64,000 nt of DNA from Prorocentrum cordatum. Taxonomy: Eukaryota. Shown piece by piece: positions 1 through 13,039 of this stretch. The stretch lies in assembly GCA_963575745.1 (NCBI GenBank), contig CAUYUJ010000081.1, positions 62,001-126,000 of the forward strand, read 5' to 3'. Under the pieces are notes generated by a model. The model had not been told where the DNA came from and did no database searches. It saw only the letters and a list, made by a program, of their open reading frames with translations. Position 1 is the stretch's first letter. Every line of letters starts with the position of its first letter. Position numbers and translations under genes: made by a program.

Positions 1-200
1 CAAGTCCCCCAGGTCCACCAGGTCCCGTGGGCCCCACATGTCCTGCGGGCCGCACGGGGGCCACAGGTCCCACAGGCCCCACAGGTCGCACAGGCCACGC
101 AGGTCGCACAGGTCCCACAGGTCGCACTTGTCGCCCCGAAGGTCTCAAAGCTCCCACGAATCCGATCGGCCCCATAAATCTCATTGGCCCCACAGGTCGC
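1..200 (+). repeat. 9-bp minisatellite (GGTCSCACA)n
   Basis: Tandem 9-mers giving a Gly-X-Thr translation. Confidence 0.7.
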
Positions 201-1724
201 ATCCTGATATCCGGGCATCCTAGCATGATCGCAGTCGCTCGTCGTCGATGATGGCGACCCTCATGCGCAATAAGAAGATCATCATGTTGGGTTGTCCGTC
301 GGAGTCATATGTTTTGGGACAGCCGATATTTGTGCCACAGGGGGCCTCCCACAAAAAGCCATGCCGCAATCACGAGAGCCGCCGCCCCAATTCGGCCGAA
401 TCCCAAGACCGACCCAAAATGGCTCCGAACAAACCCAAGGCGGCTTCAGGTACCACGGGCACATGGCACAACATGCAAACGCTACCGCAACCAGGCGGCA
501 TCACACGCAAAAGGCACCATCCGCAGACGTCACCACACGCACACAGCAAGACAACACCAATTCTACACTCTCGGCCAACCAAGACTTGACACAAAATCGC
601 TTTCCGCGAATTCCACACAAAATGATGCATGCACGAATCACGCAAAGCATGTCATTGGGCAACTGGTGCACGTGCACTCGATGAGCTTGGTTTCTGCTCC
701 GAAATTTGACGACATCGATGCGCTCGCCTAATTGTGCGATTCTCCAATACCGTATGTCTGCATTGCGGCACGTACCCTTAGCTTGGGTCGATGGAGTACG
801 CGGAGCGCCCAATATGAAGTACACAGCTCAAACATTGAAGTGTAATTCGGCTCGGTCCAAGATTGCTCACGAACCTGTGTACATCGACACTTGCACAAGA
901 TGGTTGAAACACATGTCGGAAGAAACCAAGTATACACATACACCGATCCTGGCCCCACCGATCCGGGGAACAAGATCTGTGTATACGCCCCCCTGGCGTG
1001 GCTCGGAAAGCGTACACACCGATCCTTGGCCCAGGACGGGCCTGGCCAAGATCAATTCAGGCGTACAGTTGGCACCCCCCCGAAGATACTAGTACTGGAT
1101 TGTCGTTTCACAAATCGCAGTGGAAATAGCGGCGGGTCAGTACGCCGCAGACAGGGTGATACGAGTGTGCGGCCAACGGAGTAGATGCACGCGGGCTGCA
1201 GAGACAAATTATTAGACATAATGCAACAATAGGTACTCGCCAAGCATCGGGTGCCGAGAGTCCCATGTAAAAAAAACACGCGGAATGAATCCGACAGCCC
1301 CCCTTGTGGGGCCATTAGGCTGCGTGGGCTAGGCTTCCTGTTCCTCGCTCCAATTCCAGTCTCAAGTCTCCCATGCTGTAATTTTACTTTCTACTTCCTA
1401 ATGTAAACTCTGACTGTCCGCGCAGATGGATGGAACCCCAAACCAGCTTTTGAACAAGCCCCCCAGAGGGGGTCTCAGAATTCCTTGGGGGCCGAGGGCA
1501 CCCAGGAAGCCCGACGGAGGCCCCCCGGGAAGCCCCAGGAGGCCCCCCAGGAGGCCCCAGGAGGCCCCAGGAGGCCCCAGGAAGGCTCAGGGTCTGCAGA
1601 ACCTCGCGTGATACTCACAAACGGCGCGCGAAAGTCCAGGGGCGGCATAACACTGGCGACATCGACGTCGTACCCTTCCAACATCGATCGGTGTTATGGC
1701 GCCGAAACCAAGGGTGACAAGGAG

Positions 1725-3845
1725 CTTGGTCTGGGAACTCCTGGTTGGTTTGGGATGACCCAATTGGTTTGGGAAGACCTTGGGCGTGGTTTGGGAAGAC
1801 CTGGTTGGTTTGGGAAGACCCGGAGGCTTGGGCTAAATTTCGGAAGACCCGGTTTGTTTGGGAAGACCCGGTTGTTTTGGGAAGACCCGGACGGAAGTTT
1901 GGGATGACCCAATTGGTTTGGGAAGGCCCGTTGCTTTAGCAAGACCCGGAAGCTTGGTTCGGGAAGGCCCAGGCGCGTGGTTTGGCAAAACCCGGCTGGC
2001 AAAACCCCGCGTGATTTGGGAACGCCCGGTTGACAAGAGCGAGGGCGGGAATGAAGGCGACAACGCAGGCGACAACGAAGGCGAGAACTAAAGCGGGAAC
2101 GAAGGCGAGAACGTTGGCGAGAACAACGAGAAAACAAAGGCGAGAACGCAGGCGAGAGCGAAGGCGGAAACGAAGGCGAGAACGAAGTCGAGAACGAAGG
2201 CGGGAACGAAGGCGAGAACGGAGGCGAACGACGGAGAGACTGTAGGCGACAACGACGGCAGCAAGGAAGGCGGGAACGAGAGCGAGAACGAAGGTGATAG
2301 GGAAGGCGGGAACGAGGGCGGGAACGATGGCGGGAACGAGGGCGGGAACGAAGGCGAGAACGAAGGCGAAAACGAATGCGAGAACGAAGGCGAGTACGAA
2401 GGCGAGAACGAAGGCAGGAACGAAAGCGAGATCGGAAAAGAGAACAAATGGGATAACGAAGGCAGAAACACAGGCGGGAAAGCAGGCGAGAACGAAGGCG
2501 GGAACGAAGGCGAAAACGAGGGCGAGACGAAGGCGAGAACGAGGGCGAGAACGAAGGCTAGAACGAAGGCGAAAACGAAGGCGGGAACGAAGGCGAGAAC
2601 GAAGGTGAGATCCAAGGCGAGAACGAATGCGGAAACGAAGGCTGCAACGAGGGCGCGAAGAAGGACGAAACAAAGACGGAACGGTGGCGAGAACACCTGA
2701 ACCTTGAGCGCCTGCGCTGCGGTCGCTGCCGCGTCGCCGCTCCTCGACTCCCGGGCGGAGCAGGCGATTGGCAGGTCGCCCCCTATTAGAGCGGAACAAG
2801 ACGGAAGCGAGAGCGAGAACGACGGCGGGCACGAGAGCGGAAACGAGGGCGGAAACGAAAAGGGGAGCAACGGCGGGAACGAAGGCGGGAACGAAAGCGA
2901 ACACGAGGGCGGATGCGACGGCGGGAACGAGGGCGGAAAAGAGAACGGGAACGAGAGCGGACACAACAACGAGAACACGGCTCGAAACGAAGGCGGGGAC
3001 GACTGCAAAAATAGAGGCGAGAACGAATGCGAGAACTAAGGCGAGATCCAATGCGGAAACGAAGGCGAGAACGGAGGCGAAAACAACTTAGAGAACGAAG
3101 GCGGGAACAAAGGCGGGAACGAGGGAAGATGCAATAACGAAGGCAAAAACGAAAGCGAGAACGAAGGCTAGAACGAAAGCGAGAACGAAGGCTAGAACGA
3201 AGGCAGGAACGAAGGCGGGAACGAAGGCGAGAACGAAGGCGAGAACAAAGGAGAGAATGAAGGCGAGAACGTAGGTTGGAAGGAAGGCGAGAACGAACGC
3301 GAGAATGAAGGCGGGAACGAGGGCTGACACATAACGATACCAAAACAGGGACGAAGGCGGGAACGAAGGCGGAAACGAAGGCGACAACGGAAGGCGACAA
3401 CGAAAGCGGGAACGAAGGCGAGAAAAGAAGGCGGGAACGAAGGCGAGAATGAAGGCGGGAACGAGGGCGAGAACGAAAACGAGAACAAAAGCGGCAACGA
3501 AGGCGAACGAAGGCGAGAACGAACGAAGGCGGGAACGAAGGCAGAAACGAAGGCGAACACGAAAGCGAAAACGAAAGTGGGAAAGAGAACGAGACGAAGA
3601 CCCGATTGGTGTGAGAAAACCCTGGGATTGGTTTGTGAAGACCCGGGGGAGTGGTTTGGGAAGACCCGGGTCGTTTGGGAAGATCCGGGAAATTGGTTTG
3701 GGAAAACCCGGTTGTTTTGGGAAGACCCGGTTGACCCGGTTGGTTTGGGAAGACCCGGGCGGTTGGCAGGGTTTGGTTTGGGAAGACCTGGTCGTCCTGT
3801 CCCGCAGCATCTGGTTTGGGAAGACCCGTTCGGTTTGGAACAGCC
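1725..3845 (+). repeat. Nested minisatellite: about 18-bp GGTTTGGGAAGACCCGG arrays (1725-2030, 3598-3845) flanking a 12-bp GAACGAAGGCGR array (2031-3597)
   Basis: Tandem units are directly visible. Confidence 0.9.
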
Positions 3846-4174
3846 CTGCCTCGGCCGAGACCCCCCTAGGCCCTAGGAGAGCCCAGCACGCTCCAGGAGG
3901 CCCGCAGGACGTCATCGAGAGGCCGCAGGGGACACCATGAGGCCCCAGGACGCCCCAGGAGGTCCCAGGAGGACCGCAGGGTCCACAAAGCGTCGCGGGC
4001 ACCGAAAGCCCAAGGGTCACCATAACACCAGCCGAAGTGGGTAAAATCGGGTGCCTGTTCTTTCAAAATCAAACGGTGTTATGGCGCCGAGACCCCCCCA
4101 AGGAGGCCCCCGCAAGCCCCAGGAGGCCCCCAGGAAGCCCCAGGCGGCCCCAGAAAGCCCTCAAGAAGAGGTCC

Positions 4175-4205
4175 TGTCTGTGTGCGGCTGTGTGTGTCTG
4201 TTTGT

Positions 4206-4297
<92 letters not shown>

Positions 4298-4670
4298 GCG
4301 TGTGTTTGTAATTGTGTGTGTCTGTGTGGTGTGTGTGTGTGTGTTTGTGTGTGTGCGTTTGTTGTTGTGTGTGCGCCTGTGTGTGTGTGTGCGTGTGTCT
4401 GTGAGTGTTTGTGTGCATTTCAGTGTGTGTATGTGTCACTTTGTGTAATTGTGTGTCTATGTGTGGCGGTGTGTGTCTGTGTATTTGTTATTGTGTGTCT
4501 GTGTGTCTGTGTGTCTGTGTGTGTGTGTGTCTGTGTGTGTGTGGGTCTGTATGTGTGTGTCAGTGTGTGTGTGTGTGTGTCTGTGTGTATGTCTGTTTGT
4601 GTGAGTGCCAATGCAACTGTGTGTGTGTGGGCGCCTGTGTGTCTTTGCGTGTCTGTGTGTTTGTCTGTGC
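4175..4670. repeat. (CCTG)n/(TCTG)n/(TG)n microsatellite
   Basis: Directly visible. Confidence 0.95.
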
Positions 4671-5056
4671 GAATGCCCTCGAAAGCGGCGACGGTTTCAC
4701 ACTTCGCAGCCCCCCAAGGATGGCGAGGTTTCGTTTGGGTCTGCGTGGGGCTCCACTGCGCGATCCCTCAGCAAGTACGTGTAGGCAGGCGAGAGCGGGA
4801 CAGAGGGCGGGGGGGATGCACGAGAACCCCTCAAAGGAAGGTTGGAACAAAAACGCCGAGGAATCCAAAGATCGTCCAAGCCGTGCGATGTGACCTAACA
4901 TAGCCTCAAGCAGCCCACAGTCGTTCCACGAGGGCCTCGGAGACACAGCATGAGGGGAAGTTCGAGAAAAGGCAACTCGGAGTTCAACACCATCATGCGA
5001 ATCCCACTGTGTCTTGACGACAGCTCATCGTCCGCGCACGAGGCTTCGGTGCTGCT

Positions 5057-5089
5057 TCACGGCAGCGCCCAGGCGTCCCGCCACAGCTC
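5057..5089 (-). CDS. Candidate terminal exon ELWRDAWALP*
   Basis: catgcag|G acceptor and in-frame TGA, followed by UTR-like unique sequence; an alternative terminal exon lies at about 5313-5426. Confidence 0.35.
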   Translation of the reverse strand, partial: ELWRDAWALP

Positions 5090-8000
5090 CTGCATGCTAC
5101 ACTCTGGCAGGAGAGGGGGCCAGAAGAAGAGGGCGGACCCCCTTACGGATCACTACTGAAGGGGCCCTGGGACACACAAATAAATACACACAAATAACAG
5201 GATTCCCCATATTTTCCTATATTTTCTAAATTGTTGTCTTCCCCCCACTTTCCATACTCTCCCATATTTTCCTGGGAATCGACCATTAATTGTGTCTGTG
5301 TGGTTTTCTCCCTCATGACACTACGAACGACTGGCGGCCATCATGCAGCAGCATGGGGGGATCATCCGCCACCGCGCCCCCTGGCACGCTGAGGCGTGGT
5401 AGAACGCCCAGTGCTGTTTGGCAGGCCTTGGCTTCAGCTTGCCAACAAGAGGTGTCCCCCCGAGGGGTGTTGCGTGCGCCCATCCCTTCCCGAGGCCACG
5501 ACCCCCCCGAGAGAAACAAGGGATCCGCGCTCCCGAGGCCAGGATCCCAACCTACGAACAATGGGTCCGCGTCCCGCGCTTCCAAGACGGCGCATGCGGG
5601 CAACCAAAAGCACCAAGATGGCCACACGAGGACCTCCAGCACGGTCTGAACAAGTCAACACGATTCGTCTCCCTCGGGTTGCGGGATGATCTCCGCATCC
5701 CTGCCTCTTCGGGCTTCCGACAACGTAAGGCGGCCCACGACGCCTCCACGATGGCCCTAAGACGGCCCAAGAGGCCCTCACGAGGGCCCGGACCCCGTGA
5801 GGTCCCGAGAGGCATCCAAGACGCTCCGAAGACGGCCCGAGAGGGGCCCAAGACGGCCTCAGAGGGGCCCTGCGACGGCCCCTCGACGTTGCCATGACGG
5901 CCCCCCGACACCCTACCATACGGCCACGGAAGCCCAAGGCGGCCAAGCCCCCAAGAGGCCCCCCCCCCAAATGGGAGCATGTTTGTTTCGCGGGTTTATC
6001 GGCGGACTGGGACCCATTCCCCCGCAGGGGCTCTGAGGCTAAGGGGCCCCCGAGATGGCCTAAGAGGGCCGCACGGGACCCTCAAGACTGCCTAATACGA
6101 GGCCAAGACAGCCCCGATACGGCCCGAATGAGCTTTATGAAAGCACCAACAGTGAAGACGATAGATGCCACGTGTGACGGCCTTCCTCTTCATCACCCTC
6201 GTTATCCTCTTCATCCTCGTCCTCGTCCTCCTCGTCGTCTCCGTCGTCGTCATCATCATCAACATCATCATGCCACCCATCACCACGGCTCCCCCAAGCT
6301 GAAAACACGATATGTCAAACATGACGACCTCCCGTGCGCCCTCGAACAATCGCCACCCCGCATGCTGGGCTGGCACGGTGGCGGGACTTGACGCGGGCAG
6401 CTGGAGAGCCTGAACAGCATTCAGACGTGAACAAGGAAGTCACCATATGAACTGACACGAATAAGTGACGCAATAATCGCAGGTTGGAGAGGCGGCAATA
6501 ACACTTGCGAGCGCGATGTGAGGTGTGTGTGTGTGTGTATGTGTGAATTGCTGCTGCCGCTCACACCCCAGCGCACTTTTTCCGTCGGCGGCGAGGCAGA
6601 GTTGGCTGCACCAGCGGTAGAGCTAAACGGGGGCACCGAGAAGCGAATTGGCCAGCGTGCAAGAGCGGGGAAAGAACAGACAGGGCGGCCGGGGGGGGGG
6701 GAGGGAGAGCAGGCCGCTCATGGGGCAGACGTCAGCACACACGCGCGTCGGCCGTGGTAGGAGCATGCAATCTCATCTGCGAACAAAAAGGGTGGCCACT
6801 AACAGTCGGAACGCTGCCACAAGAACGCAGGTACTAAGAGGCAAGAGCCGCTTCGCCGAAGGCCCTGGGCCCCACGGAGAAACACCACAGAAAACTCGGC
6901 CAAGAAGAACGCGAGGATACCCCTCGGCCCTCCAAAGCAAGGGTTGCTCTTAACCCTCATGTCGCACTTCGACCAGAAAACAAACGGCACCACCCCACCT
7001 ACGGCCCCACGGGCCGTAGCGTATACCAGGACGTCTGTACGAGACCTATGTTGCTTCACATCACCAATTTGGCCCCTGCTGACTTTTTCCAAAATAATAC
7101 ATTGGGATGAAACGCTGCCGCTGGATATATCGAGCACAGTTGATCACAACACAAACGCTCATGCGAGCCCCCGCAAACAAATGACAAGAAATGGTAAGCT
7201 CAGATCCGCATGGCTACATTGCAACCGAACCGCTTGACCACCATCTCGACCGAACTGGCGGAATTCGACCACGCGTCCGACAAAATGCGTTCGACGAGGG
7301 ATGCGCTGCACAATGCCCCGGCCACGGGCAGCGCTACGAGGGAAAGCGGGCCCTTCGAGGTGTCACTTTCAGCGCCCGTGAAAGTGACACCTCCCAGGGC
7401 CCACTTAAAGAGCACCAGAAAGGCTCCAAGAAGGCCCCGAGAAGGCACCAGGGCGGCACCAAGAGGGCTCCCAGAGGGACCCAAGAGATGCCCCAAGAGA
7501 GGCCCAAGAGGGCCCTCCGCGGTGTCACTTTCAACGCCCGTGAAAATGACACCTCCCAGGGCCCACTTAGGGCCTCAGAAAAGCTCTAAGAAAGCCCCGA
7601 AAGGGCCGCAGAGAGCCGCCCTGGGTTCAACTCCGCGTGGGGGAGTTGGAAGCGATAACTTCAATACCCTAGTGGAGGCCTCTTAGGGGCCCTAAGACGG
7701 CACTGAAGAACCTCATGGGGGCTTTTTCAAAGGCAGAGGAGGGCGCAAAAAGGGGCCTCAGTGAGCCCCTGGTCTAATTCCACCTGGCGGAATTGGAAGC
7801 GATATCGCCCGGCGCCTTCATGGAGCCGCTCGGAGCTTCCAAGACGGCTCCAGAAGGCCCCAGGAGGGCCCCAAGAGGATCGAACGACGAGTCCTGGAAG
7901 TGCACCAGTGAGACCCTTGTTGACCTCCGCCTGGCGGAGTTGGAAGCGACAATTTCCAGTGCCCTCTTGGGGCCTCTGGGGGGCCCCTCAGAAAGCTTTG

Positions 8001-11000
8001 GGGAGCACAGTGAAGGCCTTCGCAGGGCCGCGTGAGAGCCGTACCAGGGCCGCATGTGTGCGCGGATGGGGGCGACGAGTGCTGACGCTGACGAATATGA
8101 GAATGATGAGGGCGATCAAGGCTGGCCCGAAACAAATCCTGGCGCCATTGCAGGCCGCCGATTATCGGCCACGCCGCCAGGACGACGCCAAGCAACAAAA
8201 CGACACCAACCAACAAACCGACACCAACCAACAAACCAACAAATCGACACCGGCCAACAAAAGGACACCAAGCAACAAAACGACACCAAGCAACAAAACG
8301 ACACCAACCAACGAAACGACACCAACCAACAAAACGGCACGAATCAACAAAACGGCACTGACCAACCAAACGACAAATCACTTCACGACACCAATGAACA
8401 ACGCGAAATCCACCGACCGCCAACCAAGCATAAAATCAACCGACACAACGAAACCAACCCATAGAGCCAGACCAACCACTGGATTCGTGAGTCGGGGTAG
8501 TCATGGAAGTGAGCCGCTGCAGCCCGCGGAAGCCATTAACAGTGACCAGAGCACCGCAATGCAGCAACGTCCCTGGGCGGCGGCGGGAGTCTCGGATCTC
8601 CCGCGGGACTGGAGCGTAGCGAGTTCGTCCTGGGTCCGGTTTAGTGAAGTGAAGAATTTCGGGGTGTTTGGCATGGCAAAAACCTTCACTTCACAAATCT
8701 GGGGCCCCTGGAGCCCCAGGGCGTTTCAGGTCCCCTCGCTGTCTGGGTAGTCCAGGGGGCGCAGTGGCGGCTTACCAGGGGCCCTGTTCCCTAGCCTCAC
8801 TTGCTTTCACCCGTGGTGCTCGACGGCCGTCTCGGAGCTGTCTTGTGGCGGTCTGGGGCAATCCCGAAGCCTCTTGGAGCCATCCCAAGGCCCCAAAGCG
8901 CCACCAAGGGGGCCCCAAGAGAGCTCCCAGAGGGCCCCGAAAGGCCTACAACAGATTGCACGTTCGCGCGAATTCTTTTTGTACCACTTTGGGGGGTCCC
9001 TCTTGGGGCCCTCGGGGAACGTCCTTGGGGCCCTTCGGGGGCCCACTGGGGCCCCGGGAAGGCCCCAAGAACGCTCCCAGAGGGCCCCAAGAATGCTCCA
9101 AGAGGGCCCCAAGAGGACCCCCACAAGTGACAAAAACGATTTGCACGAGGGTGCAACTTATTCGGCGCCTCTTGGGGCGCTCTTGGAGCCGTGCTGGGCG
9201 CCACTCGTGGACGACATGGGCTGGGCGACGGCATGTGGACCCTGTCGCTTGGGCCATCGGGGTTGCTCCCCAATGGGGCCACGAAGCGTGTGAGCGTATG
9301 ACGGAATGGGCTGGGCGGCGGCCTGTGGGCCCTGCCTGTGGGGCCGTCGGTGCAGCTCCCCGTGGGGCCACGAAACATGTGAAACGTATGCCGAAACATG
9401 CTGGGCGGCGGCCTGGGAAGCCTGCCGCTGGGACCTTTTTTTGGTGGAGCTGCCTATGGAGGTACGATGTGTTTGAGGGTGTGTCAATGTGGCCTGGGCG
9501 ACGGCATGTGGACCTTGCCGCCGGGACCTCCGATGAGCTCCTCATGGGGACACGAAGCGTCTGAGGGGCGTGCCGACATGGGCTGGGCGGCGCACTAAGG
9601 ACCCTGCCGATGGGGCCTTCGGTGGAGCACCTCACAAGGCCACGAGACTTGCGGGGGGTGTGGCGAAGCAGAGACGCGGGGGAACAAGGGGGTGTTTTGA
9701 TGATGTTGATGAGGATGGTGGTGGTATTGATGATGGAGACGACGAGAATGCTGATAATGCTGATAATGATGGTGATGACGACGATGACGATAGACGATGA
9801 CGACGGGGACACGCGGAGAGCAGGGGCAAATACGCGAAGAGGGAGGACGAGGGAGGAGGCCGGAAGGAATGACGCGGGGCGGTGTCTCTTCAAAACGAAG
9901 AACCAACACTGCAATATGGTAGGACATTTCTGGACGACCCCCCCCCGTGGCGCGGTCAATGTCCGCGACAGCATCGCTGGCACTACGAACGAAATGTTCG
10001 AACTCTTCCTGCGACGTTACCCGTGGGGTGGATCTGCCAGGGATGGGGGTCGAAACCGCCCCAGCGCGAAGCAAATGTACAATCCTGAGAAACCCCCACC
10101 CACATCAACCGATCCGCAACAAGCACGCAAGCCTTTGACGACCCCAACGCACGTGACATCGCATAACGCGACGCGCCATCGAAAACGTTCGACGCGCGGC
10201 CTCGGAATGACATCGGGCTTCATGGAACGTCGAATGGAAAACATGAAAAACCGCCCTGTGGGCTCCGAGACCCAAAATTAGTGATGTGAAGGATTTCAGG
10301 TCTCGGAGTCTGGCGCGGGTTTTGCATGGTATGCGCTACGGCCCCCGATGGGCCGTAGCGCAACGTGGAGGGCCGCAGGTGGGGTGGTGCCGTTTGTCTT
10401 CTGGCCGAAGGCGCGAAGCCCGTTCGCAAGGGACTTGACGTACGGCAGGTTTGCGTCGTGCCGACGCGGCGGCGACCCCAGCGCGGGCGTTCGAGGCTGA
10501 ACGCCGCCGTGGGCCCGGACTCGGCCGACCTCGAACGACCGGCGCCAATCGGAAGGCCGCGACCGCTCCGTGCTGAGCGATCCGCGCGAGCTTGTCGGAA
10601 GCCAATGCAGAACTCTTCGCGGCAGGAGCTCGCCGCGATCACCCTGCCTGCCCAGCGCGCCCACCCCTCCCAGGCTATGAAGCGCGGGGCGGGGCAGAAC
10701 GCCCCAGGGGCGGTCGTGCGGGGTCTCCGACGGGGTGGGGGGTGGGAGGGGCCTGGTACCACGAGCCACTCTGGCCTCGAAGATGCAGCGAGATCTGTGC
10801 TCGTGGCGCTGGAGCCATCGTGCTACCATGAGGGACGGGGCTTTCCTGGACACGGCGGGCATGGACAGGAGTCCAGGATCGGCCCAAACGCCACAGCCTC
10901 TGAGCCCAAACCGTCCAGACAGGGCAGGGACAATCACATGCACAGCCCTTGGCCGATCAGGGCACGTCCAACCAGTGCGACGTCGCGGTCCTGGCAGACC

Positions 11001-11141
11001 TGGCTGTAGTCGCCTCGTGGCAGGGGGAGGCTGTGGGGCCTCTGGGCAACGCACCAGGGCCAGTCTGGGATGAGCGGACAGAGTTCGGCACCGCGAAGAG
11101 GGCACACCACTGCTCGATAAGCGAAGAAGACAGAGAGGTGA

Positions 11142-11172
<31 letters not shown>

Positions 11173-11244
11173 TAATAGAAAGAGAAAGAGAGAGAGAGAG
11201 AGAGACAGAGAACACAAGCACATGAGAGAGTCAAGCGAGGAGAG

Positions 11245-11298
<54 letters not shown>

Positions 11299-12432
11299 AC
11301 ACACATCTGTACATAGGGAGAATAAAAAAGAGTGAGCGAGAGAGAGAGAGAGAGAGGGCGAGAGAGAGAGAGAGAAACAAAAACAAAGAAAACAAAACAA
11401 CAACACAAATTTGAGAAAACCTGATTTTCAGCTGCGTGGCAGCGACACAATGGGCCCAACTCGGGGACGATGGGGGCGGAGTCATGGTGTCGGATAGAGC
11501 CGAAACCGGTACCATACAACTTTTGTGGTCCAAAACTGGCACAGGCCGCCGGTGGGCAGGCGGCGACTGTCCCGAATGGACAGCGTCGCGGCGACACCGC
11601 CTGGGTCCCGGGGCGTTTTTTTTCTCCGTGCGGGCGCCCTGCTGGGGGCGCTCGCACGGCGAAGCGTGTATTCGATGGGGTTGAAAACGCACATCCTGTG
11701 ATAAAAAAACAACAAATGTGGGTCAAGAAAATGATCCCATACTATTTTTTAACTATACAGAATGATCCCAAACTGGGGTTGAAAACGTACATCCTGTGAA
11801 CAAATAAATGTGTTCCCATCTCCGGAGGCGCGATCTGCGTGAGAGGGGTGTCAGCAGTGGCCAACAGACCCACTAGGCAACCAACCAACCAAGTAACCAA
11901 CTGGCCAACCAACAAGGCAAACAGCCAACTAACCAACCCACCGCTCAATCAACCCAGAACAAGTCTAGTTGACTGGGCAAATGGACGACGACGACAACGA
12001 CGACGACGATGACGACGACGACGGCGACGAGGACGACGACGACGAAAGCGACAACGACGATGGGATGGAATAGGATCGACTGTATTGGATTGGATTGAAC
12101 TGGGATGGATGCGGGATGGCATGTGAGATAAGATGCGACGGAATGTGTTGGAACAGAACGGGACAGAACGAGAGTAAAAACACCGACGGGCGGCGGTGGC
12201 TCCGTTCCGTTTCGTTTCAGTCCAATCCATCTCAACCCATTAGATTCCATTCGACTCCATTCCATTCCACTCCATCGCATCGCATCGCATCCCATTGTAT
12301 CCCATCCCTTTCCATTCCGTTGTCGTCGTTGTTGTTTTCGTCGTCGCCGTTTTCGTCGTCAACGTCGTCGTCGTCGGCATCGTCGTCGTCGTATTCGTCG
12401 TCGGCGTCGTCGTCGTCGTCGTCATCGTCGTT

Positions 12433-12463
<31 letters not shown>

Positions 12464-12865
12464 TCGTCATCGCCGTCGCGGTTGCCGTCGCCGTCGCCGT
12501 CGCCGTCGACGTCACCGCCGTCGCCATGGTCGTCGTCGTCGTCGCCGCCGCCGCCGTCGCCGTCTCTGTCGCCGTCGCTATCGCCGTCGCCGTCACCGTC
12601 GTCGTCGCTGCACGACGGCACTGGCGCGTGCTCGCCGTCGTCGGTTGCAGGGGGGGTAGCCCTGTGCACGTTGTCGCCGACGCCGTCGCCGTCGCCGTCA
12701 CCGTCGTCGTCGCTGCACGACGGCACCGGCGCGCGCTCGCCGTCGTCGGTTGCAGGGGGGTAGCCCTGTGCACGTTGTCGCCGTCGCCGTCGCCGTCGCC
12801 GCCGTCGCCATCGCCGTCGCCATCGCCGTCGCCGTCGCCGTCGCCGTCGCCGACGCCGCCGCCGC

Positions 12866-12909
<44 letters not shown>

Positions 12910-12955
12910 TCGACGCCGTCGCCGTCGCCGTCAACGTCGTCATTGTTGTCGTCAA

Positions 12956-13039
<84 letters not shown>

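Noticed and set aside
27..251. Collagen-like Gly-X-Y ORF
   Set aside because: Arises from a 9-bp minisatellite and decays immediately; no other support
1936..4023. Long ORFs resembling membrane or Arg-rich proteins
   Set aside because: Translations of a 12-bp tandem repeat, open in several frames on both strands
4950..5159. Plus-strand exon GNSEFNTIMRIPLCL (C2-domain-like)
   Set aside because: No partner exons on the plus strand; the minus-strand terminal exon reading fits the wider model better
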